A stretch of 64,000 nt of DNA from an uncultured Gemmatimonadales bacterium (GCA_963739455.1 CAVUAK010000001.1:416001-480000), one strand, 5' to 3'; shown: positions 37,888 through 48,039, counted from the first letter of the stretch. Notes: generated from the sequence alone by a model not told the origin. Numbers and translations: made by a program.

Positions 37888-39087
37888 CTAGTACGCAGGC
37901 AGCCCCGTGATCTCGTGCCCCAGGATCAGCCCATGTACGTCGTGCGTACCCTCGTAGGTATAAACCGATTCAAGGTTCGCCATGTGCCGCATCGAGTGGT
38001 ACTCGACCAGGATCCCGTTGCCACCAAGCAACCGCCGTGCCTCCCGCGCGCACTCACAGGCAATGTTCACGTTGTTCCGCTTGGCCAGCGATACCTGGGC
38101 GGGCGTAAAGGTGCCGGCATCCTTCAGGCGTCCAAGCTGCAGTGCAAGCAATTGCGCCTTGGTGATTTCGGTCAGCATGTCCGCCAGCCGGACCTGCTGG
38201 ATCTGCGTCTGGGCAATCGGCCGGTCGAACATGATGCGGTTCTTGGCGTAGCTCACCGCCTCAACGAAACAGGCCATGGCCGCACCCACCGCGCCCCACG
38301 CAATGCCATACCGCGCCTGCGTCAGGCACATGAGCGGACTGCGGAGCCCGCCACTCTTGGGCAGGATCGCATCCTTCGGCACCAGGCAATCCTCGAGCGC
38401 GATCTCGCTGGTATCTGACGCGCGGAGGGAGAGCTTTCCCTTCTGGTCGCGAGCCGTGTAGCCCTTGGTGTCCGTCGGGACAATGAATCCGCGGATCGAC
38501 TTGGAGTCGTCGATGGCGCCGGTCTTGGCCCAGATGATCGAGACGGTGGCCTGGCTGCCATTGGTGATCCACATCTTGGCGCCATTCAGCACCCAGCCAT
38601 CCTTCGTTTCACGCGCGGTCGTGATCATGCCGCCGGGATTGGAACCGAAGTCGGGCTCGGTCAGGCCGAAGCAGCCGATCTCCTGCCCCGCCGCGAGGCG
38701 CGGCAGCCAGTGCTTCTTCTGTTCCTCGGAGCCGAACGCATAGATGGGGTACATCACCAGCCCGCCCTGCACCGACGCAAAGGAGCGGATGCCACTGTCG
38801 CCGCGCTCGAGCTCCTGCATGATGAGCCCGTACGCCACATTGTTGAGCCCGGCGCAGCCGTACTCCTCAGGCAGGTTCGCGCCGAAGAAGCCGAGTTCGG
38901 CCATTCCCGGAATCAACTGCTTCGGGAACTCGCCCTTGATGTAGGCGTCGCCAATGACCGGCATGAGGTGGTCATCCACCCATGCCCTGACCGTGTCGCG
39001 AACCGCGCGCTCCTCTTCGGAGAGCAGCGAGTCCATATCGTAGAAATCGACGCCCGGAAACTGGGACGTGGCAGCAGCGGTTGTCAT
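37888..39087 (-). CDS. gcdH: Acyl-CoA dehydrogenase, glutaryl-CoA dehydrogenase type
   Basis: QELERGDSG, GCFGLTEPDFGS, GAKMWITNG and NLESVYTYEGT motifs. Confidence 0.85.
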   Translation of the reverse strand: MTTAAATSQFPGVDFYDMDSLLSEEERAVRDTVRAWVDDHLMPVIGDAYIKGEFPKQLIPGMAELGFFGANLPEEYGCAGLNNVAYGLIMQELERGDSGIRSFASVQGGLVMYPIYAFGSEEQKKHWLPRLAAGQEIGCFGLTEPDFGSNPGGMITTARETKDGWVLNGAKMWITNGSQATVSIIWAKTGAIDDSKSIRGFIVPTDTKGYTARDQKGKLSLRASDTSEIALEDCLVPKDAILPKSGGLRSPLMCLTQARYGIAWGAVGAAMACFVEAVSYAKNRIMFDRPIAQTQIQQVRLADMLTEITKAQLLALQLGRLKDAGTFTPAQVSLAKRNNVNIACECAREARRLLGGNGILVEYHSMRHMANLESVYTYEGTHDVHGLILGHEITGLPAY

Positions 39088-39132
39088 ACGTTCCCCGTGA
39101 CAATGTCGAATGTTTGCGAACGCCCAAATATA

Positions 39133-39161
39133 CCTTCCCCGCCTTCCCCGCCTTCCCCGCC
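39133..39161. repeat. 3x 9-bp repeat CCTTCCCCG
   Basis: Read directly. Confidence 0.85.
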
Positions 39162-39173
39162 CTGTTCTTCGCC

Positions 39174-39896
39174 CTATCTCCCCAGCAACCTCTCCACCCT
39201 CCCCCAGACACTCCCGCACACCCCCGGCGCCGGCACCACCGCGCGCGGCACGATACCCACCTCCCGTGCCTTCCGCCGGAACCCCGCACCATGGTCCACC
39301 TTCACCCCCGTTTCCGCCTGCCACTGGTGCACCATCTCGTGCAGCAGGGTCTCCTCCACGTCACGCCAGGGGTGCTGCTTGAGCAGGCGCCGGCTGATCA
39401 CGATGCGAACCGGGCGCGATGTGCGTCCATCGTACACCAGCTCACCCAGCCGACGCCGCATCCGGCTCGACAGGCCGATCGGGATCGCCGCGAGCGTGCC
39501 ATCGAAGTGCCGCGCATTCAGCTCCCGCCAGCGGTCAGTCAATCGTGCGACCATCGCTTCCTCACCCGGACGGACCTGGTCGGCGGCGCGCGGTGACCTT
39601 GGCGCCGATCCCTCGCTCGAGATCGGCCAGGAGAGCAGGATCCGCTCGGCGGCGAGACGATCGGCCCGCCGGGTACGTGGCGCCACGAACCGCACGATCG
39701 CGTGCAGCACCCGGTCGGGCGCCACGGCGTACTCCCGATGTACCCGGAGCTCTCCGCGCGACGTGAGCGACACCATCACGGTGCGGTTCTGGTGGGTCCG
39801 GATGCGGGAGACGTCGTGCAGCCCCAGCGCGCGCAGGCGCGCCGCGAGCAGCTCGTCCGGCGGCGCTGAGAGGCGTAGCCCGCCCTCAGGCGACAG
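39174..39896 (-). CDS. SprT-like zinc metalloprotease
   Basis: LNARHF, SSRMRRRLG, TLLHEMVH and HGAGF motifs; frame stays open to a CTG at 39896 preceded by GGAG. Confidence 0.8.
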   Translation of the reverse strand: MSPEGGLRLSAPPDELLAARLRALGLHDVSRIRTHQNRTVMVSLTSRGELRVHREYAVAPDRVLHAIVRFVAPRTRRADRLAAERILLSWPISSEGSAPRSPRAADQVRPGEEAMVARLTDRWRELNARHFDGTLAAIPIGLSSRMRRRLGELVYDGRTSRPVRIVISRRLLKQHPWRDVEETLLHEMVHQWQAETGVKVDHGAGFRRKAREVGIVPRAVVPAPGVCGSVWGRVERLLGR

Positions 39897-40746
39897 CGGT
39901 CACTCCCTGCGGCTGGACCACGCCCCGGATCGGCCGCGCGAAGACGAAGCGGTCGGAGGGAGCAAACGTCTCGCCTTGCCAGCGCCAGTGCTGGATCGTC
40001 ACCGTGCCGGCATCAATGCGCACGACGTTGAACACCGAAGGCTTCCCTCCGCGCATCCGGTGCGTCAGCGTGCCGGCCGTGCTCACGACGATCCTGTCGC
40101 CAAGCTGTGCTGCCGCCTCTTCATGATCGTGCCCGTTGAGTATCACGTCGGGCGCCAATGCAATGAGGCGCTCTTGCGCCGTCTTCCAGCGGGAGAGGCC
40201 CATGCGCTGCGAGATCTTGCCGCGAAGCACGTTCTGGTGGAGAACAAGCACACGCGCCAGGCCGGCCGGGGCGCTCTCGAATATCCGCGCAACACGGTAA
40301 AGCTCGGACTTGGGCAGGTGGCCCTTCACTGCCATGTCGTTGAGGTTGGGCGTCATCGAAGGGAACGACACGCCGTGACTCGTCAGCGCTGTTGCGATCA
40401 CGGCGCCGGGAACAATCAGCGTGGGAGTAAGATCCTCGCCGAACCAGCGGCGGAACTTCACGTAGATGCGCTGCCGGCCCCGGATCCAGAAGGGGCTCTC
40501 GAACCACTGCACGTCATGGTTGCCCGGCAGCGTCAGCACCGGCGCGCTCTTCCCCAGTTGCTCCAGGAAGCGCCTCGCCGCCTGGAACTCGCCGTGCCGG
40601 GCGCGCTGCGTCAGGTCGCCCGACACCACCACCGCGCCCGCGTCCAGCGTGGGGACGATCTGCTCGACGGCGTCGATCATCCTCAGGTCGCAGTCGCGCC
40701 CGAAGTGGAGGTCGGACAGGTGCACCAGCGTAACTGGAATCACCAC
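39886..40746 (-). CDS. Metallophosphoesterase (CpdA-like)
   Basis: HLSDLHFG, SGDLT, PGNHD and GHDH motifs. Confidence 0.9.
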   Translation of the reverse strand: MVIPVTLVHLSDLHFGRDCDLRMIDAVEQIVPTLDAGAVVVSGDLTQRARHGEFQAARRFLEQLGKSAPVLTLPGNHDVQWFESPFWIRGRQRIYVKFRRWFGEDLTPTLIVPGAVIATALTSHGVSFPSMTPNLNDMAVKGHLPKSELYRVARIFESAPAGLARVLVLHQNVLRGKISQRMGLSRWKTAQERLIALAPDVILNGHDHEEAAAQLGDRIVVSTAGTLTHRMRGGKPSVFNVVRIDAGTVTIQHWRWQGETFAPSDRFVFARPIRGVVQPQGVTAVA

Positions 40747-42146
40747 ACCGTCCGGATCGTGTAGGTCAGCACCACCTCACCGCGCGCCGGAACCTTCACC
40801 CGGAAACGCTGTACCGAGGACGACACTTTTTCCGCGGGTACCGAGCTCGCCGATACCGACCATTCCCCGCCCCGCTCCTCGCGCACATCCACGGTCTGCG
40901 TGCTGTCCGACCCGTTCCGGATGGTCACCTTGAAGCCGAGTGTCGCAATCGTCCGGGTGACATTGCCGCGCTTCTCGGGGGTGGTGGTGTACTCGGTCTG
41001 TACCCGCTTGGCGGTGAGGTCGAACGCGTTGCCGGCATAGAGCGAAAGATCTTCGCCCGGCGCACTGTGACCGAATGACGCCTCGCCCACGAGCTGCAAC
41101 CGGCCATCGCTGTCCGGGTTGAAGATCCGCGCCGTGCCCCCCGGCAGCGGCTTGTCCCCCAGCGGCGTCTTGAGGGGCCGCTTGATGATGTAGGTCATCT
41201 CGACCGGCACCTCTTCCTCATCCTGCTGCTGCTGCACAAAGCCGTACCATGGCAGCTGGCCCCGAACGACGAGCCGCTTCTCGTACGGCGCGGATGCCGG
41301 GTCGAACAGCGCGATGGTGGTCGTGCTGCCAGGCAGGATGGTCGCCTTGCCCGGCAGTGAGTACAGGTGGAACCCGCCGGATTCCTCCTGGGCCGGCGCC
41401 CCATACGCCTGCACCTTGTTCATGCTCATTTCGGCCCGCGCCGCCATGGGCGACATCCTCGGGCTGGGCGCGGCGGCGCGCGACACGCTTCCCGCCAGCA
41501 GCTGGATCTCGGCATCGGTCGCGCTGAATGACTGCGACGCAATCACGGCATCGCCGGTGACCCGTGCCTCTTTTGCTCCGAGAATCACCGCGTAACTGGC
41601 GTTCCACTGCGCTCCATCGGTGAACCACCCCAGGGGAAGGTCCTTCCGGCCGGCGGCCGACGTGAGCGTCAGCGTGGCCGCCTGCGCCGTGCTCACGGCG
41701 TCGGCCGGGTAACGCAGCGCGCCGCCCGGGTTTCCGAACGCCACCGTGCCATCGGGCATCAGGTATCGCGCCGGATCGACGCCCAGCAGCGTCACCTGGA
41801 ACGTCTCAACGCCGCCGCCCATCTTGCCGCGCTCGACACTCAGCTTCCGGCCCACGAGCCGGCGCAGCACGGCATTCTCGTCTTCCGCCGCGTCGAACAG
41901 CGCCCGGTTGATGATGACGCCGTCATCGAGCGACACCAGCGACGACGGATCGACGGGCCCGAGCTCCACTCGCAGGTCCGACGTGCCCTTGGGCACCGCC
42001 GTGGGAAGCGTGCGACGCACGAGGACACGGCCGTCGTTGTAGACGGTGATGCCGGTCTGTGCGCCGGCGGCGTGAACATGGATGACGGCGATGGCGCCGA
42101 TGAGGAGCAGCGAGCGCGAGCCAGGGCGAAGGGTCGACACATTCAC
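40740..42146 (-). CDS. DUF4139-like exported protein
   Basis: ITVYND...LVR, WNASY, FHLYSL and PLPGG motifs. Confidence 0.75.
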   Translation of the reverse strand: MNVSTLRPGSRSLLLIGAIAVIHVHAAGAQTGITVYNDGRVLVRRTLPTAVPKGTSDLRVELGPVDPSSLVSLDDGVIINRALFDAAEDENAVLRRLVGRKLSVERGKMGGGVETFQVTLLGVDPARYLMPDGTVAFGNPGGALRYPADAVSTAQAATLTLTSAAGRKDLPLGWFTDGAQWNASYAVILGAKEARVTGDAVIASQSFSATDAEIQLLAGSVSRAAAPSPRMSPMAARAEMSMNKVQAYGAPAQEESGGFHLYSLPGKATILPGSTTTIALFDPASAPYEKRLVVRGQLPWYGFVQQQQDEEEVPVEMTYIIKRPLKTPLGDKPLPGGTARIFNPDSDGRLQLVGEASFGHSAPGEDLSLYAGNAFDLTAKRVQTEYTTTPEKRGNVTRTIATLGFKVTIRNGSDSTQTVDVREERGGEWSVSASSVPAEKVSSSVQRFRVKVPARGEVVLTYTIRTVW

Positions 42147-42460
42147 TCCGTGGGGCCGGTGTGGTCGGGAAGCATCTGGATCGCAATGACGGCCGCGATC
42201 TTCCGTACGAGCAGGTAGGTGATGAGTACGGCCACCCCGGCATACACACGACCCGACGTACCGCCCGGCAACGGCCGCCAGGCCAGGTACCCCGCCATCA
42301 GGACAGCGGCACCCAGCGCCACCTTTCCCGCCAGCCGGCCGGCCTGGCGTTCCCGGCGCACCTGGCACATCGGGCATCGCTCGCCCAGCAACAGCCCTTC
42401 CGTCCGCTTCCCGCAGTCAATGCAGGGAGCCTCAGTGGGCCACCCGGCGCGCGACGGCAT
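42143..42460 (-). CDS. Small protein with CxxC..CxxC zinc ribbon and two TMs (start uncertain)
   Basis: CIDC...CPMC followed by two hydrophobic helices. Confidence 0.55.
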   Translation of the reverse strand: MPSRAGWPTEAPCIDCGKRTEGLLLGERCPMCQVRRERQAGRLAGKVALGAAVLMAGYLAWRPLPGGTSGRVYAGVAVLITYLLVRKIAAVIAIQMLPDHTGPTE

Positions 42461-43454
42461 CGCCGAACTCCTTGGTTGAGGCGCTGCCGCCGAGGTCGCG
42501 CGTGCGAATCCCGTCCTTCACGATCACCTGCTCCACCGCCGCGCGCAGCCGCCGCGCAGCGTCCAGCTCACCCAGATGATCGAGCATCATCGCCGCCGCC
42601 AGCATCTGTGCCGACGGATTGGCCACACCCTTCCCGGCGATGTCGGGGGCGCTGCCGTGCACCGCCTCGAAGATCGCGGCGCGTGTCCCGATGTTGGCGC
42701 CCGGCGCCAGGCCGAGTCCGCCCACCAGCCCGGACACCTCGTCACTCAGGATGTCGCCGAACATGTTGGTGGTGACCATGACGTCGAACTGCTCCGGCCG
42801 CATCACCAGCTGCATCGCTGTGTTGTCCACGATCATGTCGTTCGAGGCCACTCGTCCCGCATACTCGGTGGCCACCTGCTTCCCCACCTCGAGGAACAGC
42901 CCGCTCACCATCTTCAGGATGTTGGCCTTGTGGACGATCGTGACCTTCTTGCGCCCGTGGGTCAGCGCATACTCGAAAGCGTAGCGGATCACGCGCTCAC
43001 AACCGACGCGTGTGACCACCGCGATCGACTCGCCCACCGCCCGGGGGTCATCCCCGATCGGGATGAAGTGCTCATAGCCGACGTAGAGGCCCTCGAGGTT
43101 CTCGCGGACCATCACGATGTCCACGTTCTCGTAGCGGCCACCGGGAACGATCGTCCGTGCCGGCCGGATGTTGGCGTAGAGCTCGAATTCCTTCCGGAGG
43201 CCGACGTTCACGGAACGGAACCCGGTGCCGACCGGCGTCGTGAGCGGTCCCTTGAGCGCCAGGCGCGTGCGGCGAATGCTCTCGATGGTGGCATCGGGCA
43301 GCGGTGTGCCGGTCGCGTCGACCGCGGCAACGCCGGCGAGCTCGTCTTCCCACTCGAAGGACACACCGGCCGCCGCCAGCACCTTCACCGTCTCGGCGGT
43401 GATCTCGGGCCCTATCCCATCACCCTGGATGAGCGTGGCCTGGTGGGTGGTCAT
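42432..43454 (-). CDS. Isocitrate/isopropylmalate dehydrogenase family protein (NAD-IDH-like)
   Basis: GDGIGPEI, LKGPLTTP, RENLEG, HKANI, NMFGDILSD and FEAVHGSAPDIAG motifs. Confidence 0.92.
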   Translation of the reverse strand: MTTHQATLIQGDGIGPEITAETVKVLAAAGVSFEWEDELAGVAAVDATGTPLPDATIESIRRTRLALKGPLTTPVGTGFRSVNVGLRKEFELYANIRPARTIVPGGRYENVDIVMVRENLEGLYVGYEHFIPIGDDPRAVGESIAVVTRVGCERVIRYAFEYALTHGRKKVTIVHKANILKMVSGLFLEVGKQVATEYAGRVASNDMIVDNTAMQLVMRPEQFDVMVTTNMFGDILSDEVSGLVGGLGLAPGANIGTRAAIFEAVHGSAPDIAGKGVANPSAQMLAAAMMLDHLGELDAARRLRAAVEQVIVKDGIRTRDLGGSASTKEFGDAVARRVAH

Positions 43455-44125
43455 TCCGGCATCGACTCCGGCGGCACCATGGTCGCAAATGCGGCGCGCA
43501 ACGATGCATCCGCCGTCACACCCTTGCCCGTTGTAATCGTTCGGTACCTGATGTCACCCAGCCGGGGATCGACCAGCACCACCGAGACCTTCGCCAGCAG
43601 CATGCCGGTGGAGTCGCGCTCGAAGACGACGGCGGCTGGAATGATCACCACGCGCGCGTTGGTCACGCCGGAAATGGCACGCAGCTTCGACTGCAGTGGC
43701 TCCGGCACCTTCTTCTTGATCCCCGGGTTCTTCATCGCACCCTGGCCCATGAGGTCCGGGTCGGGAAAGTACCCCGAGCTTCGTATCGAGATCTGTCGCA
43801 GTTCCGGCGGCAGGATCCACTTGGTCTCGTGCAGCACGCTCGTCAGGTAGTCCCCGAACATCGAGTCGAAGTGCCGCAGCCCTGCCACGCGGTTCCAGTA
43901 GAGCGCCAGTGCCGAATCACCCTTCAGGCTGGAATCGGCCCCGATGAAGGTGATGGGGGTAACCGCCACGATCTGCCCGGCGAGTGCCTGGATCCCGAGC
44001 ACCCGGTCCTGGTACTGCTTCTCGTATTTCGATGTCTGGGCGAGCAACGGCATCGTCAGGCCGGCCAGCATCAGCAGCGATACGAAGGCGTGCCGGGCTG
44101 TTCGCGACTTGCTGAGGGGCGTCAC
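43451..44125 (-). CDS. Hypothetical exported protein
   Basis: Signal peptide; ATGA overlap with the IDH-family gene. Confidence 0.7.
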   Translation of the reverse strand: MTPLSKSRTARHAFVSLLMLAGLTMPLLAQTSKYEKQYQDRVLGIQALAGQIVAVTPITFIGADSSLKGDSALALYWNRVAGLRHFDSMFGDYLTSVLHETKWILPPELRQISIRSSGYFPDPDLMGQGAMKNPGIKKKVPEPLQSKLRAISGVTNARVVIIPAAVVFERDSTGMLLAKVSVVLVDPRLGDIRYRTITTGKGVTADASLRAAFATMVPPESMPE

Positions 44126-44230
44126 GGGAGACCTTTCCGCGCAATTCCGGGCCCGAAGCAGCGTGGGCGCGGCTCCGGCAATCAGTGCGGAAACTAATCG
44201 GGGGTGAAACGGAGTGTCAGGACGAGCCAG

Positions 44231-45088
44231 CTACTCGAGGGAGAGTCCGCCGTCGACGACCAGCGTCTGGCCGGTCACGTGCCGGGCCGAGCCACTACAG
44301 AGGAAGGAGATGACATGGGTGACGTCTTCCGGCTCGGCGAGGCGACCCAGCACCGAGTGCTTCTGGGCCCGCTCCGTCACCTCTTGCGGCAGCATTGCCA
44401 TGCGCTCGGTACGGATGAAGCCCGGTGCCACGGCGTTGACGTTGATATTGGCCGATCCCAGCTCCATCGCCGCCGCGCGGGTCAGGCCCTCGAGCGCCGC
44501 CTTGCTCGCCGCGTAGTTGGCCACGCCGAAGCCGGGACGGTGAGCCTGGTGATCGCTGACCGATACGATCTTGCCGAAGTGCTGGTTCCGCATGTGCGTC
44601 GCGGTGGCGCGGATGCAGTTGAACGCGCCCGTGACGTTGGTGTCCATCACCTCGCGCCACGACTCATCGCTCATGCGCCAGAGGGCACCGTCGTGGGCGA
44701 TACCGGCGTTGTTGATGAGGAAGTGAAGCCCGCCAAGGCGTGAGCGCGTGTCACTGACGAACCGCTCGACCTGCAGCGCGTCGCGCACGTCACAGCGAGC
44801 CGCATGCACCTTCACGCCGAAGGAGGAAATCGTCGTCTCGGTGAGCAGCGCCTGTTCGCTCACGTCGCGACCGGGGAGGCTCACATAGCAGAAGGCAACG
44901 TCGCAGCCAAGGCGCGCAAACTCGAGGCAGATCGCCCGCCCGAGCCCGGTGGCCCCTCCGGTAATGACGGCGACCTTCCCTGGGAAACCCTCGTCGATCG
45001 GCTGTGGCAGCGGTTGCTCCGCGGTCGTAACGGATGCTTCGGTGCTTGCTTCCCATGCCTGGCTGGCACGGCGCGGGGTCATGGGCAT
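44231..45088 (-). CDS. SDR family oxidoreductase, FabG-like (start uncertain)
   Basis: TGGATGLG, NNAG, YAASK, NAVAPG and VDGG motifs. Confidence 0.88.
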   Translation of the reverse strand: MPMTPRRASQAWEASTEASVTTAEQPLPQPIDEGFPGKVAVITGGATGLGRAICLEFARLGCDVAFCYVSLPGRDVSEQALLTETTISSFGVKVHAARCDVRDALQVERFVSDTRSRLGGLHFLINNAGIAHDGALWRMSDESWREVMDTNVTGAFNCIRATATHMRNQHFGKIVSVSDHQAHRPGFGVANYAASKAALEGLTRAAAMELGSANINVNAVAPGFIRTERMAMLPQEVTERAQKHSVLGRLAEPEDVTHVISFLCSGSARHVTGQTLVVDGGLSLE

Positions 45089-45141
45089 GGGACACCGAAG
45101 GTACGGCCCGGACTGGGACCCGGCAAGCTACATTGGGGGCC

Positions 45142-47175
45142 ATGACCTCCCTGCTCTGGGTGCTGGCCGCACTGGCGGGTGCGGGCGGATGGGCGGTGCT
45201 GGCGCTGGCTCGCGGAGAGTCGGTGAGCGCCGGGTGGCTCATCGCTGCTGCGGTCGGCACCTACGTCATCGCCTATCGCTACTACGGTCGGTTCCTGGCG
45301 ACGCGCGTCACCGGCCTCGATGACCGCCGGGCCACGCCCGCCGAGCGGCTGGGCAACGGCCGCGACTTCGTGCCCACAGGCCGGTGGGTGCTCTTCGGAC
45401 ATCACTTCGCCGCCATCGCGGGGGCGGGTCCCCTCGTGGGGCCGGTGCTGGCAGCCCAGTTCGGATACCTCCCCGGCACGCTGTGGATCGTGTTCGGTGT
45501 CGTGCTGGCCGGCGCGGTGCAGGACTACGTGATTCTCTTCGCCTCGATGCGGCGTGATGGGAAGTCGCTGGGCCGGATGGCGCGCGACGAGATTGGTCCG
45601 GTCACCGGCATCCTCGCGATGGTCGCCATCCTGGCGATCATGGTGATCCTGCTCGCGGTGCTGGCGCTGGTGGTGACCCGGTCACTCGCCGAGAGTCCCT
45701 GGGGCGTCTTCACCATTGCCTGCACCATCCCGATCGCGATCCTGATGGGATTCTGGATGGAGCGCTGGCGCCCCGGTCGCACGCTGGAGGCGTCGGCCAT
45801 TGGCGTGCTGCTGCTCATCGCAGCCCTGGTCGGAGGGCGGTGGGTGGCCGCGTCGCCCGTGCTCGCGCCGCTCTTTACCTGGCCGGCGAAGACCATCGCG
45901 TGGGGCATCATCGGCTATGGCTTCCTGGCCTCGGTGCTCCCGGTGTGGATGCTCCTCTGTCCCCGCGATTATCTCTCGACCTTCATGAAGATCGGGACCA
46001 TCACGCTGCTCGCGGTGGGGCTGATCGTGGTGCACCCGCCGCTGCAGATGCCGGCCGTCACCCGGTTCATCGATGGCAGCGGCCCCGTCTTCGCCGGCAG
46101 GCTCTTTCCCTTCGTGTTCATCACCATTGCCTGCGGCGCCATCAGCGGCTTTCACGCGCTCATTGCCTCAGGGACGACACCGAAAATGGTGCGCCGCGAG
46201 GGAGACGCCCGCCTCATCGGCTATGGCGCCATGCTCATGGAATCCTTCGTTGCGGTGATGGCCATGGCGGCCGCCGCGGCGCTCGATCCCGGCACCTACT
46301 TCGCCATGAACGTGCCCGTCGGCGCCCTTGGCGGTTCGGTCGAGTCGGCAGCTGCCGTCATCCAGGGATGGGGATTTGCCTTCTCGCCGGCAGATTTTCA
46401 CGCGCTGACGGCTTCTGTGGGAGAGCAGACGCTGCTCTCGCGCACCGGCGGTGCCGCCACGCTCGCCGTCGGCATCGCCCAGGTGTTCAGCAGCGTCTTC
46501 GGCAATGGATTGATGGGGCTCTGGTACCACTTCGCCATCATGTTCGAGGCACTGTTCATTCTCACCACCGTCGACGCCGGCACCCGGGTCGGGCGCTTCA
46601 TGCTGCAGGAGTTGCTGGGTCATGCCTATGCGCCACTGGGGCGCACGTCCTGGTATCCCAGCAGTGTGCTCGCGTCGGCAGTGGTCGTGGCGGGGTGGGG
46701 CTACTTCCTCATCCAGGGCGTCATCGACCCCAATGGCGGCATCAACTCGCTCTGGCCGCTCTTCGGCATCAGCAACCAGCTGCTGGCCACCATTGCCCTC
46801 TGCGTCGGGACAACCGTGATCGTGAAGGCAGGAAAGGCGCGGTTCGCCTGGGTCACGGTCCTCCCACTGCTGTGGGTGCTCACGGTGACGTTCACCGCGA
46901 GCTGGCAGAAGGTACTCTCGCCTGATCCCAGGCTCGGATTCCTGTCGCTGGCGGATCGCACCATGGCGAAGGTGAGCGCGGGAGAGATGGCGGCGGAGCT
47001 GGGACGCCAGGTGGCGTTCAATGCCCGGCTCGATGCACTGCTCACCACCATGTTCGTGGCGGTGACGCTGGTCGTCGTCCTGATGTCGCTGCGGGAGTGG
47101 GTGCTGGTGCTGCGCGGCCGGAAGCCGGCGCACGCGCAGGAAACCCCCTTCGTCGAGACAGCCTATGCTGGGTAG
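45142..47175 (+). CDS. cstA: Carbon starvation CstA/BtsT family transporter
   Basis: GHHFAAIAGAGPLVGP, PRDYLS, IACGAISGFH and LWPLFGISNQLLA motifs. Confidence 0.93.
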   Translation: MTSLLWVLAALAGAGGWAVLALARGESVSAGWLIAAAVGTYVIAYRYYGRFLATRVTGLDDRRATPAERLGNGRDFVPTGRWVLFGHHFAAIAGAGPLVGPVLAAQFGYLPGTLWIVFGVVLAGAVQDYVILFASMRRDGKSLGRMARDEIGPVTGILAMVAILAIMVILLAVLALVVTRSLAESPWGVFTIACTIPIAILMGFWMERWRPGRTLEASAIGVLLLIAALVGGRWVAASPVLAPLFTWPAKTIAWGIIGYGFLASVLPVWMLLCPRDYLSTFMKIGTITLLAVGLIVVHPPLQMPAVTRFIDGSGPVFAGRLFPFVFITIACGAISGFHALIASGTTPKMVRREGDARLIGYGAMLMESFVAVMAMAAAAALDPGTYFAMNVPVGALGGSVESAAAVIQGWGFAFSPADFHALTASVGEQTLLSRTGGAATLAVGIAQVFSSVFGNGLMGLWYHFAIMFEALFILTTVDAGTRVGRFMLQELLGHAYAPLGRTSWYPSSVLASAVVVAGWGYFLIQGVIDPNGGINSLWPLFGISNQLLATIALCVGTTVIVKAGKARFAWVTVLPLLWVLTVTFTASWQKVLSPDPRLGFLSLADRTMAKVSAGEMAAELGRQVAFNARLDALLTTMFVAVTLVVVLMSLREWVLVLRGRKPAHAQETPFVETAYAG

Positions 47176-47434
47176 GTCGTCAGTCGGCAGTCAGCAGTCG
47201 GCAGACAGTCGTGAGCCAGCTGTCGACTCCCTGCCGACTGCCGACTCACGACTGACGACTATCGTGCGCACTGTCGCCAGGGCCATTCGCCAAGTCGCCG
47301 GCATGCCTGATTATCTCGCCTACGTCGAACACCAGCGCCACTATCATCCCGAGCGGCCACCACTTGGCGAGCGTGAGTTCTTTGCGGAATACCTGAGGGC
47401 CCGCTACGCCGACGGCCCCAACCGGTGCTGCTGA
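47165..47434 (+). CDS. YbdD/YjiX family small protein (alternative GTG start at 47264)
   Basis: GMPDYxxYxEH...HP...EFF...RCC; typical partner of cstA. Confidence 0.85.
   Translation: MLGRSSVGSQQSADSREPAVDSLPTADSRLTTIVRTVARAIRQVAGMPDYLAYVEHQRHYHPERPPLGEREFFAEYLRARYADGPNRCC
47176..47259. repeat. Inverted repeat built of CAGTCGG-type heptamers (29-bp arms, 26 matches)
   Basis: Arms at 47176-47204 and 47231-47259. Confidence 0.85.
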
Positions 47435-47994
47435 TGCAAACGCCCCTGTCGCGTACCCTGCTCCGCAGCTTCCTCAACGGCCTCATCGTCCTGGGACCGG
47501 TGGCGCTCACGGTGTACATCTGCGTGCTGGCCTTCCAGTTCGTGGATGGCTGGCTGCACATCCCGATTCCCGGCGTGGGCTTCGTGGTGACCGTGGCGCT
47601 CGTGACGTTGCTGGGGTTCGTCACCTCGAACGTGGTGGCCCGCGGTGCCGTTGGTGTGGTGGACAAGCTCTTCGCGCGGCTTCCCTTCGTGCGCCTCCTC
47701 TACACTGCGCTTCGCGATGTCTTCGGCGCGTTCGTGGGAGACCAGAAGCGCTTCACCATTCCCGTCATGGTGGAGTTGGCACCGGATACCGGTGTCCGCG
47801 TGATGGGGTTCCTGACCCAGCCTGAACTTGGGGAGTTTGCGCTGCCTGATCACGTCGCCGTGTACCTGCCGCAGTCCTACAACTTCGCGGGACAGACCAT
47901 CGTGGTGCCGGCCGATCGCATCACCAGGCTGGATGCGAAACCGTCCGACGTGCTGGCGTTTATCGTCTCAGGCGGCATCTCACACGGAACGTGA
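47434..47994 (+). CDS. DUF502 membrane protein
   Basis: FLNGL..LGP..LT, RLPFVRLLY, GFLT and VYLPQSYNFAG motifs. Confidence 0.85.
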   Translation: MQTPLSRTLLRSFLNGLIVLGPVALTVYICVLAFQFVDGWLHIPIPGVGFVVTVALVTLLGFVTSNVVARGAVGVVDKLFARLPFVRLLYTALRDVFGAFVGDQKRFTIPVMVELAPDTGVRVMGFLTQPELGEFALPDHVAVYLPQSYNFAGQTIVVPADRITRLDAKPSDVLAFIVSGGISHGT

Positions 47995-48007
47995 CCTCGA
48001 GTACCGC

Positions 48008-48028
48008 TTCCCTGTTCCCTGTTCCCTG
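48008..48028. repeat. 3x 7-bp repeat TTCCCTG
   Basis: Read directly; lies between convergent genes. Confidence 0.8.
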
Positions 48029-48039
48029 TCCTCCGTTGT

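Noticed and set aside
38710..40764. Long antisense or alternate-frame ORFs (e.g. 684 aa here, 27459-29057, 28399-29985)
   Set aside because: Shadow ORFs of GC-rich coding genes; Arg/Pro/Ser-rich with no recognisable motifs
47423..47470. Selenocysteine readthrough at the ybdD CC-TGA
   Set aside because: The family normally ends in RCC, the TGA overlaps the next gene's ATG, and no clear SECIS is visible
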